From Macrostomum lignano (lineage: Eukaryota): a stretch of 64,000 nt of DNA. A model generated the notes under the pieces. That model did no database searches, was not told the origin of the DNA, and saw only the letters and a list, made by a program, of their open reading frames with translations. The DNA is taken from positions 148,459 through 212,458 of the forward strand of contig NIVC01000903.1 of NCBI GenBank assembly GCA_002269645.1. The letters are read 5' to 3'. Positions within the stretch are counted from its first letter, which is position 1, and every line of letters starts with the position of its first letter. The position numbers were made by a program, and so were the translations under genes. Shown piece after piece: positions 13,851 through 26,311 of this stretch.

Positions 13851-14359
13851 AAAAGTGCAGCTACCCGCCAAGCGCCTGGCCGATCAGCTCAGTGAGTGAT
13901 GCTCAAAATTACAGGAGTCGGCAGTCGAAGAACAAAGACAAATAGAGAGAGACGCACAGAAACGAAGGAGGCTCAGCGATCATCTCAGTAATTTCCGACC
14001 GCAACTCGCAATTACTATTCTTTTCCATTTTCTGTCATGCCCGAGTCGAAGTTTTGCTAGCTGTCGTTCAAAATCGGCAAAAGTTAGTCATATATAATAA
14101 CATTGGTTTCTGCGAAATCTAAACAGCCTGCAGGTAACGGGGCCTGCTGCTCGGTTATTACAAGGGACAAGAGAGCGGGGCCTGCTGATTTCTTTCTCTC
14201 CAAGGGGCCGCTACTGGCTAATGAGGGCCCGCCTTGATGCGGCAGCGCTGCTGAGCAAAACAGACAGGGCAGGGCCTGTCATCGCGCTGTTGCTTGCGTG
14301 CCCGCTAGCAGGCTATTTTTAGCATATTTAACTATGCAGTTTCAGGCGTGCGTTTCTGA

Positions 14360-15452
14360 TCTAGTCTCACCTGTCTAGTATCCAGTGTTACCTATGATCT
14401 ATCTCACATCTAGTCTCACCTGTCTAGTATCCAGTGTTAACTATGATCTATCTCACATCTAGTCTCACCTGTCTAGTATCCAGTGTTTACTCTGATCTAT
14501 TTCAAATCTAGTCTCACCTGTCTAGTATCCAGTGTTACCTATGATTTATTTCAAATCTAGTCTCACCTGTCTAGTATCCAGTGTTAACTATGATCTATCT
14601 CAAATCTAGTCTCACCTGTCTAGTATCCAGTGTTACCTATGATTTATTTCAAATCTAGTCTCACCTGTCTAGTATCCAGTGTTACCTATGATCTATCTCA
14701 CATCTAGTCTCACCTGTCTAGTATCCAGTGTTAACTATGATCTATCTCACATCTAGTCTCACCTGTCTAGTATCCAGTGTTAACTATGATCTATCTCACA
14801 TCTAGTCTCACCTGTCTAGTATCCAGTGTTAACTATGATCTATCTCACATCTAGTCTCACCTGTCTAGTATCCAGTGTTACCTATGATCTATCTCACATC
14901 TAGTCTCACCTGTCTAGTATCCAGTGTTAACTATGATCTATCTCACATCTAGTCTCACCTGTCTAGTATCCAGTGTTTACTCTGATCTATTTCAAATCTA
15001 GTCTCACCTGTCTAGTATCCAGTGTTACCTATGATTTATTTCAAATCTAGTCTCACCTGTCTAGTATCCAGTGTTAACTATGATCTATCTCAAATCTAGT
15101 CTCACCTGTCTAGTATCCAGTGTTACCTATGATTTATTTCAAATCTAGTCTCACCTGTCTAGTATCCAGTGTTAACTATGATCTATCTCACATCTAGTCT
15201 CACCTGTCTAGTATCCAGTGTTAACTATGATCTATCTCAAATCTAGTCTCACCTGTCTAGTATCCAGTGTTAACTATGATCTATCTCAAATCTAGTCTCA
15301 CCTGTCTAGTATCCAGTGTTAACTATGATCTATCTCACATCTAGTCTCACCTGTCTAGTATCCAGTGTTAACTATGATCTATCTCAAATCTAGTCTCACC
15401 TGTCTAGTATCCAGTGTTAACTATGATCTCACATCTAGTCTCACCTGTCTAG
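14360..15452. repeat. 49-bp minisatellite (CTAGTCTCACCTGTCTAGTATCCAGTGTTAACTATGATCTATCTCACAT)n, ~22 units
   Basis: Unit starts at 14361 and 14410 give a period of 49. Confidence 0.97.
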
Positions 15453-16199
15453 CACATTTTTTCTATTATTAATCAGATATACATATCTTCTAACTTGTCC
15501 ATATGGAGTGTAATCTATATGTAAAAATCTAGTTTAAAGACTTAACCAGAAACTTTTAATCATCAGAATAACTTCAAAAATGCTTTTCTGTCACAATTTT
15601 TTTTCAAAAGAGCGCCCGGATTAGGAAAGCCGCAGTAAAACAAAATAAAACCGTTCGCTACAGTCACCGCGGACTCTTGGCCCATCAGCTCGAGCTCGGG
15701 CCGTATTTTGATAAATGCAAATTTCCTGTTACAAATGAAATGCCAGCCCGGCTCGGAGGCAGGGAGAGGCCGGGGAGTTGTGAGAATTGGGACTCCGCTG
15801 GCCTGCCTTCAGCGGAGTCGAACCCTGGCTTCGCCCTCCTCTCCGGCCGCATTCCCGAATGGGGAGTTGCGTCTCATCTAGTTTAGTGAACGAAATGAGG
15901 ATCGGTCCGGGAAGTCTGCGGGAAAAGCCCCGTGACCAACAACTCCTAGCCTGTGTGGTCCCTCTGCATCTCATGGCGCGTGAGCAGTGCTCACTGAAGC
16001 TTCTCTTAGTACTGCCTCTGCAGCCGGTGAGGAGCTGTTTAATATGTTAATGAAATATGAACTGACGGTCTCTCTTGCATTTTGTCGGTCATTTTTTACG
16101 CCTCCGATAATTGGCTTACAAATGTGCTGCTGAGAGAGAACAGCTAGGGATTAATAAAGAGAAACTCGGATGGGGATTTGAAGCCATTGTTAAGAGTGA

Positions 16200-16302
16200 G
16201 ATTGGATGCGAGAGTGCTATTGAGAGAGGGAGAGTGAGAGTGAGAGTGGGAGTGAGAGTGAGAGAAGGAGTGAGAGTGAGGTGAAGAGTGAGAGGAAGAG
16301 TA

Positions 16303-16335
<33 letters not shown>

Positions 16336-16356
16336 TGAAGAGTGAGAGGGAAAGTA

Positions 16357-16414
<58 letters not shown>

Positions 16415-16431
16415 GGAGAGGGAGAGGGGGA

Positions 16432-16471
<40 letters not shown>

Positions 16472-16502
16472 ATGAGAGTGAGAGTGAGAGGGAGAGGGAG
16501 AG

Positions 16503-16560
<58 letters not shown>

Positions 16561-16800
16561 GTAGAGAGAGTGAGAGTGAGAGGGAGAGTGAGAGTGAAAG
16601 AGAGAGTGAAAGTGAGAGGGAGAGGAAGAGGGAGAGTGAGAGTGAGAGTGAGAGAGAGTGAGAGTGAGAGAGAGTGAGTGAGAGAGAGTGAGAGTGAGAG
16701 TGAGTGAGAGTGAGAGAGAGTGAGAGTGAGAGAGAGTGAGAGTGAGAGAGAGTGAGAGTGAGAGTGAGAATGAGAGGGAGAGAGAAGGAGAGAGAGAGAG
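16200..16800. repeat. (GAGAGT)n / GA-rich polypurine tract
   Basis: Direct observation. Confidence 0.93.
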
Positions 16801-18047
16801 TAGGAGTTGCTGGCTGCAGATGAAGGTGAGTGAAGGGGAGTGAAAGAGTGACAATGAGACAGTAGATAACAACTGTAAGCGAGTTGCGCCACCACGCGGC
16901 GCCATCTTTGAAAAAATCAAAGCCCCTCCCCTCAGGCCGCCCGAGCTGACAGGCAGGGTCTGTCGAGAGTCCCGGGGAAGCGGACGACCTGCGGCTAGTA
17001 AGGGAAAATCAATTTCCTCTTATCGGCCGGACCGCCGCCGCAGTCCCCAGCTGGATTTGGCGAGTGGCTCTCGAAAACTCTTTTATTTTCTTTTGGTTTC
17101 TGTAGTTGGGGGCTGGAGGGAGGTTGGGGGGCTGAAGTCTCAATCACGGGGACCGGAGCCAATTTGCTTCTAGGAGGATACAGAAAAAAAGAGAGAGAGA
17201 GAGAGAGAGAGAGCGTCTTCCCGCCATATCGATGGGAGATTGCAGGGTGACTCGGCCTGGCCCGCGAGTAACTTTGTGAAAAATCCCCAATCCTCAGTAT
17301 TCTGTATCCGGCCGGGATTTTCTGCGGCTCCTGGAGGAGGGGAGACAGCCCCCCCAATCAAATTTGGCGCCAAGTTGAGATGAAGCTCTATTTCTGCTCA
17401 AACTTTTCCTAGTAGTAGAGCTGAACCAAGTTAAAGGGATTGCTTCGGCGTAGTATCTTGTTCTCTGCTTCCGACTCTGCGGCCAAATAGTTTTTTTCTA
17501 TACATATCGGCATAGCCGACTTAGCTAGTGGAATGCCTTACCCTACCTTGGGGAAAAAGTGCATTGGCCACGATGAGTTGAAGTGAAAAAATTATGCCCT
17601 CATTTATCTACAATTCAGGCATCCGTTGATTCCCGCGGATAATACTGTGGAGTAGCCAAACTGAAGCAGGAAGACTGGCAGTTCCTATTGTAGGCATCGC
17701 AGAGACTGCTGAGGTGGAGCCTGAGAGCACAGGTGTTGAAAATAATTGACAGGTGTGCCAGGGTCAAATTTCAATTTTTTTCTGCTCCCGCGACAGATAG
17801 GATTGACAGGTGCACCACAGGTATTCTTTGAAGGCGTCTTCAATTAGTGCAGTTTCTATTTTTTGCTGAGTTATAACCCTTGAGCACACTGCTTACCTGT
17901 TCGGTGACTGAAGTCTGGGATGAGCCAATATCTCTTTGTCAGCTGGGCGGTTCCTGGCGGCCGTGGCAGCGTCTCCCAGTCTGAAATGTTTTACACCGGT
18001 TCCGGAATTGTTGCTTCAATCTGGCACCTGAATCAATGCTATTGGAG

Positions 18048-18775
18048 CATCCTCATTCTAAGCATCCTCATCCTCAGCATCCTCATCCTCATTCTCAGTA
18101 TCATCATCCTCATTCTCAGCATCCTCACTCTCAGCATCCTCATCCTCATTCTCAGCATCCTCATTCTCAGCATCCTCACTCTCAGCATCCTCATCCTCAT
18201 TCTCAGTATCCTCATTCTCAGCATCCTCATCCTCATTCTCAGTATCCTCATTCTCAGCATCCTCATCCTCATTCTCAGCATCCTCATCCTCATTCTCAGT
18301 ATCCTCATTCTCAGCATCCTCATCCTCATTCTCAGTATCCTCATTCTCAGCATCCTCATCCTCATTCTCAGTATCCTCATTCTCAGCATCCTCATCCTCA
18401 TTCTCAGTATCCTCATTCTCAGCATCCTCATCCTCATTCTCAGTATCCTCATTCTCAGCATCCTCATCCTCATTCTCAGCATCCTTATTCTCAGCATCCT
18501 CATTCTCGGCATCCTCATTCTCAGCATCCTCACTCTCAGCATCATCACTCTCAGCATCCTCATTCTCGGCATCCTCATTCGCGAAATCCTCAATCTCAGC
18601 ATCCTCACTCTCAGCATCATCACTCTCAGCATCATCACTCTCAGCATCATCACTCTCAGCATCATCACTCTCAGCATCATCACTCTCAGCATCATCACTC
18701 TCAGCATCCTCATTCTCGGCATCCTCATTCGCGACATTCGCATTCTCAGCATCATCATTCTCAGCATCATCAGCC
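18048..18775. repeat. 15/21-bp compound repeat (CAGCATCCTCATTCT / CAGCATCCTCATCCTCATTCT)n
   Basis: Direct periodicity; all unit lengths are multiples of 3. Confidence 0.93.
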
Positions 18776-19360
18776 TCAACGGTGCACGGTTCCCGGGAGC
18801 ACTCCAAAAATGGCACTGCATCTCAGCCGGGTTAATCTGCTATCTTTAGGACGAAAATAAGGAACTTGGGAATTACTCCCAGTTCGAGGACTGATTCGAA
18901 CTTACGCAGCTCAAGCTTGGAGAGTTATACGATTTCAAGGGTTGTTAAGTCACAAAGTTTGCTGAGCTGGGGTCAGTGGAGCAAAATCTGAGCTGATTCG
19001 CTTGTTATTGAAGATGAGGACCAGCATCTCACCATGCTCGAGCCGAGCTCGAGGCCAAGTTACCATGCACTGATGTGATTAGGGCCACCCAGAACTCATT
19101 AGAATGCCGCTTCTCTCCCTCTCTACCCGGCCTGAATCTCTCCAAAGTACCTCCACTCCTCTTTCTCAATGCAACTGCCTCCCCCAGGTCTCATGATGAC
19201 GGGGAGAGTTCACTCATAGAGCTCACATGAGTGGCTCAAGTCTCAATTGACACTTCGTCAGTTCTTTTTACTGTCAATTCGATTAGGAACGACGGAGTTA
19301 ATTTCGAATTCTTCTAAGAGTCAGAAGGACTACTGTCTGCTAAAAAAAGGTCTGTGGTCA

Positions 19361-20043
19361 GGGACTCGGTGGACAGTCTCAGTGAGATGACTGGGACTCG
19401 GTGGACAGTCTCAGTAAGGACTGGGACTCGGTGGACAGTCTCAGTGAAATGACCTGGACTCGGTGGACAGTCTCAGTGAGGACTGGGACTCGGTGGACAG
19501 TCTCAGTGAGATGACTGGGACTCGGTGGACAGTCTCAGTGAGATGACTGGGACTCGGTGGACAGTCTCAGTGAGATGACTGGGACTCGGTGGACAGTCTC
19601 AGTAAGGACTGGGACTCGGTGGAAATTCTCAGTGAAATGACTGGGACTCGGTGGACAGTCTCAGTGAAATGACTGGGACTCGGTGGACAGTCTCCGTGAG
19701 ATGACTGGGACTCGGTGGACAGTCTCAGTGAGATTACTGGGACTCGGTGGACAGTCTCAGTGAAATGACTGGGACTCGGTGGACAGTCTCCGTGAGATGA
19801 CTGGGACTCGGTGGACAGTCTCAGTGAGATCACTGGGACTCGGTGGACAGTCTCAGTGAAATGACTGGGACTCGGTGGACAGTCTCAGTGAGATCACTGG
19901 GACTCGGTGGACAGTCTCAGTGAAATGACTGGGACTCGGTGGACAGTCTCCGTGAGATGACTGGGACTCGGTGGACAGTCTCAGTGAGATTACTGGGACT
20001 CGGTGGACAGTCTCAGCGAGATGACTGGGACTCGGTGGACAGT
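19361..20043. repeat. 32-bp minisatellite (GACTGGGACTCGGTGGACAGTCTCAGTGAGAT)n, ~21 units
   Basis: TCTCAGTGAG at 19501 and 19533 gives a period of 32. A few units are 30 bp. Confidence 0.96.
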
Positions 20044-20697
20044 CCAAAATCGAATCTGTAAAGTACTTGAGCACAATAGCATAGTACAAACTAGAATCCC
20101 CAAGGCTGGTACTCATATTTTATCCCAGCATAGTGCACACCAGTGCAATGGCAGCTGCTTTCCTAATGAACCTCGTTAGACTCTGGGGTGGAAGGAGGGC
20201 GGTGGCGCTCGATACAGGCATGACAAGGTAGGGAAATGGGGTGGGGTGGAAATCCCGAAGAGGGTCCACCAGACTCGCCCGATTTCATTATGATGAAGCT
20301 GAGTCCCCCCAGTTTCAGCCTCCCGAAACACCAAGCGCCATTTTTAAAACCTCAGACTAAACTTCGGAGTCGATCCCGGGCACTCCAAGAAGTTCTCTAA
20401 GATGCTCGTAAACTCGTAAACATATGCGAGAGACCTATTGTAGGTCTAAAAAATTCTTTCTAACTGTTCTCAACCAAAAGCCGAAAAATTTCCTAAATAA
20501 AAACTATCTTCTATCGAAAGATTCTTAGAAGCAGGAGTGTGAGAAGAGAAAGGAAGTTCATTTGGCTGTTGGATGTGAGGGCAGATTGAGGTTTATGGGG
20601 ACATTAAACTGGGGATAATTGCCTCTGCGGAGTCAGCGCCTCGCAAAGCCTACCCGGTATATCAGGGGAGCTCAGCGGCTTTGCGTTCTTGCCTTTG

Positions 20698-21403
<706 letters not shown>

Positions 21404-22307
21404 CAAGTATAAAACTCTTCAATGGACGTCAAATTTGAACTTCCAGGTCAAATTCATTAGCAGCAATTCATGTGCTAAACTTGCTGCTGTTCCAGTCTGA
21501 GGGGCTGGCTAAAGTGCATAAACTTCAATCTATTCTGTTCTGAAAAAAGCAGAAGAGTTATAGCACAACTGGCTGCCACCCCGCTGGGCAGAAACTGTGT
21601 TCCTTGACTTCGAAATGGCTTTCTATAGTTCTATGAAGAAGCGTTAAAATTCACAGTTCCCAGAGCTGCAGTCTGTCACCAGATCTATCTATGCATATAG
21701 GGAGTGATGTTAAGGTCCTGTTTCTAGTATCAGGCTCATATTTGCTGCACTCCCAGCTCAAGAGTGCTCTCAGCACTGACTTGTAATACGCAGCGAGGCG
21801 TAAACCGACAGAGTGGGCACCTGGTCACTAATCCCCCTCCTCGGCTAACTATCCCCTTCGATATTGCTCTGTGCCTCTTCCCAGCTGGCTGCTAACTTGA
21901 CCGTGAAATTCAGCGCTTAATCACGCAAAACGCATCGGCAACCGAGGGAGAAAAATTGAGGAGCAGGGAGGGGGGGGGCAGTTGTCCCCCTCCCGTTTTG
22001 TCACTCGGGACCCGAAATTCCTCAGGAAGGGGGGCAGTTTAATAATAAGATCCCTGGATGTTCAGGCCCGGCTTCCGTTCTGATGTCAGAATTGCGTTCG
22101 AGTCACGCACGGCGCCACGGACAGGGGCTGCAACGGTGACTTCGCATGATTGACAGGTGGCTGATGCGTCCCAGCTTCCACCGGTTTTTGGGTTGGGATT
22201 TTCCTCCCATCGTCAGGATGAGAGTCAGCACCGATCTGGTAATAGATTCTCCCATCATCACCATCCTCATCATTCTGACACTATCATAACCGTCATCACA
22301 ATAGACA

Positions 22308-22698
<391 letters not shown>

Positions 22699-23191
22699 TC
22701 TCATTGGTAAGGAGCACACGGCTCCACCAACTGTTCTCTCTATCTTTCATCCACGCCTACTGCAGCCCCTTGTGCTCAATTTGCTTGAATAGGAGGCCTA
22801 CTTTATTGCAAGTCTCTCCCGCCTCATTCTCTGGCTCAACTGATCGATGGCTTTTGAACCGCCGCCGGGTGGCAATCGCACCGGATCAGCCATCGGCACG
22901 AAACTCTTGGTGATAAAAATTTATGACTGCCGCTGTACAGTCAGGTGCAGCTAAAGTGCCTTGTGGCTCTATTGAATGAGATTGAGACTGGAGTACCTGG
23001 CTTATTAGGGCACTGCTGGCATTTGAGGAGTGAAGGGGAGAGTCTTAGTACGACTGCGGTTACAGTGCGCTTCGTTGGGGAAATAAATTCATGGCTGCAT
23101 GCTTCTGCAGAGTGTACAGCTCAGTAAAGAGATGCGAGACTAAGGCGATAGAATGACATATATATTAAATGCATGTGATCATACAAATATA

Positions 23192-23233
<42 letters not shown>

Positions 23234-23752
23234 TTGCTGAGATAAAATTTCTCACCAACTCTTGTCGTAGTGCATTCTTTCTGGGCCAGCAAATTCGTTA
23301 AAAGTATCTTTTAAGCTTTCTCTTATAAACGTCCTTGTTGCAAAATTGAATTCCGCACAACAAGCTGAGCAGAGTTTTTGTCCAGCGTCCTTGAACTGAT
23401 AGCCGTCAGTTAGAATATGTTGGAAGGCAAAAGAACAGGAGCTGCTGAGAAGGCCAACTGATGTCGGGATAGCAGTAGCGAGTATTGCCGAAGCGCAAAA
23501 AAGCAGAGCATTGCAGCCAGTTGGGGGGGGGGGGGTTGAATGCCGCAGTGCCCAATGGACTAGCGCCTGCAGGCTCAGCCAATGGGAGGCCTCCCCTCTG
23601 GCCTTCACATTTTCTCCTTTTTGTCGCAAAATTTTATTATCCATTCTGATAGCTAACATGAAAAATTCATTTGAACTGTTGCTGAGAAAATTCTTTTTGA
23701 AAAAATTGGCTCGTCTTTTTTGTATGCTTGGGAGAAACGGAAAGGCTGTAAT

Positions 23753-25070
23753 AGTCATTGCAGTCTCCCACCGGTCATGAAATGAGTCATTGCAGTCTCC
23801 CACCGGTCATGAAATGAGTCATTGCAGTCTCCCACCGGTCATGAGATGAGTCATTGCAGTCTCCCACCGGTCATGAGATGAGTCATTGCAGTCTCCCACC
23901 GGTCATGAGATGAGTCATTGCAGTCTCCCACCGGTCATGAAATGAGTCATTGCAGTCTCCCACCGGTCATGAGATGAGTCATTGCAGTCTCCCACCGGTC
24001 ATGAGATGAGTCATTGCAGTCTCCCACCGGTCATGAGATGAGTCATTGCAGTCTCCCACCGGTCATGAGATGAGTCATTGCAGTCTCCCACCGGTCATGA
24101 GATGAGTCATTGCAGTCTCCCACCGGTCATGAGATGAGTCATTGCAGTCTCCCACCGGTCATGAGATGAGTCATTGCAGTCTCCTTACCGGTCATGAGAT
24201 GAGTCATTGCAGTCTCCCACCGGTCGTGAGATGAGTCATTGCAGTCTCCTTACCGGTTATGAGATGAGTCATTGCAGTCTCCTTACCGGTCATGAGATGA
24301 GTCATTGCAGTCTCCCACCGGTCGTGAGATGAGTCATTGCAGTGTCCTTACCGGTCATGAGATGAGTCATTGCAGTCTCCCACCGGTCATGAGATGAGTC
24401 ATTGCAGTCTCCCACCGGTCATGAGATGAGTCATTGCAGTCTCCTTACCGGTCATGAGATGAGTCATTGCAGTCTCCCACCGGTCATGAGATGAGTCATT
24501 GCAGTCACCTACCGGTTATGAGATGAGTCATTGCAGTCTCCCACCGGTCATGAGATGAGTCATTGCAGTCTCCTTACCAGTCATGAGATGAGTCATTGCA
24601 GTCTCCCACCGGTCGTGAGATGAGTCATTGCAGTCTCCCACCGGTCATGAGATGAGTCATTGCAGTCTCCTTACCGGTCATGAGATGAGTCATTGCAGTC
24701 ACCTACCGGTCATGAGATGAGTCATTGCAGTCTCCCACCGGTCGTGAGATGAGTCATTGCAGTCACCTACCGGTCATGAGATGAGTCATTGCAATCTCGC
24801 ACCGGTCATGAGATGAGTCATTGCAGTGTCCTTACCGGTCATGAGATGAGTCATTGCAGTCTCCCACCGGTCATGAGATGAGTCATTGCAGTCTCCCACC
24901 GGTCGTGAGATGAGTCATTGCAGTCACCTACCGGTCATGAGATGAGTCATTGCAGTCTCCTACCGGTCATGAGATGAGTCATTGCAGTCAACTACCGGTC
25001 ATGAGATGAGTCATTGCAGTCTCCCACCGGTCATGAGATGAGTCATTGCAATCTCCCAATGATGAGTCAT
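23753..25070. repeat. 32-bp minisatellite (GAGATGAGTCATTGCAGTCTCCCACCGGTCAT)n, ~41 units, each with ATGAGTCAT
   Basis: AGTCATTGCA at 23881 and 23913 gives a period of 32. Confidence 0.97.
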
Positions 25071-25953
25071 CACATATCAGGAGAATAGAGTTGGCAGTCA
25101 GAGTCGAAGGTACAGCAGAGGTGCGGCTGTCCTATCAGCTGATTTGCACCTCTGTGGCTATCAATCAGTCAATCAGAGCTGCGTGTGGGAGAAGCTGCAC
25201 TGCCGTTAATGGGTCTCCCGGCACACTTTAGCTCTGTATGAGCACTTGGCACTGAGCCACTGCACTAGTCAGCATAATTGCTAATGGACTAGCTCACTGG
25301 GGCTACCGCTTATCAATATTAAGTAGTAAGAACTGAGTAAGGTAAAGGGAATAAACATTAGGAAGGCCGGGTGAGGGAGAGAGTGCAGATGACCTTGGTT
25401 GGCCAAACCCTCCTGCAGTAGTTCGCAATTACCGTTGCCCGAAGCTTGACGACCGCGGCCTCGGGGCCGGAGCCGGCAGACTGCCATCGACACAGCCACG
25501 CTGGCCCTTTTATGTATTGCATATATGCAAGTATTTTTAAAAAAAAATTTTTTACTCCCCTCAAAGGCAGGCTGGCGTGAGGGGATCCGGGCGAATCGCG
25601 AGCAGAAACTGGAAGGAACTCAACTCAATTAGCAATGAGAGCAGATGGCGAATGCCGATCGTAAAATAGGTTTATTCTTGTGTCTCAGTTGATCATCTGG
25701 CATTGTAAATTTATTTATATGGATGAGTTTTTAGCTGAGCAAATGCATGACAGTGCAGATATTTCACATTGTGGAGTGCTGCTGAGACAGCGCCGTGGAC
25801 TTCTAAGATTTGCTACACTTGGAATGGAAGGCAAAGTATTTGAAGGCCGATTTATTGTTATTGCATTAGCAAGGTTTGCGACATGTCGCCTTTCTAGTGC
25901 TTAGCACAACTACAGCAATTTTGTCTCATCTGTGACAGCCTCAGTCTAGTGTG

Positions 25954-26311
25954 TGTCAAGTCGCGCCCAGTAAACGATGACAAGGCCGCCCGTGGGCTTG
26001 GTTTGAGTCAAGTACGAAGTTGTGTATTTGAGATGAGCGAATTATTGCAATGATTGTGAGATACGAGGTGGTAGGTGGCGAGACCAATATATAGGCTTAA
26101 AAGACAACAAGTAAGTGGGCTTAAAACTCAGAATCGATCACTACTGAATATTATCATGTCAAGGGGGAGAGAGAGAAAAAGTACGCAGAGCAGCGTACAC
26201 CGGAGTAGGCCGGTTTGGTTAGTTAGGCTGGCTGGCTAGTTAGAGTTACTCATAATTGGACTCAGGTGAGTCAGGTGCAGTGCAGTACATCAAAACACGC
26301 CCGGCACCTCA
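25954..26311 (-). repeat. 3' LTR (358 bp)
   Basis: Identical by eye to 30229-30586; the minus strand starts TGAGGTG and ends CTTGACA. Confidence 0.97.

Noticed and set aside
16895-16910. YY1-like GGCGCCATCTT as a distal receptor promoter (similar motifs at ~3596 and ~8787)
   Set aside because: A short motif with no supporting exon or splice chain; cannot be separated from chance.
23252-23803. 183-aa minus-strand ORF
   Set aside because: It starts inside the satellite, has no recognised domain, and lacks the codon bias of the real genes.
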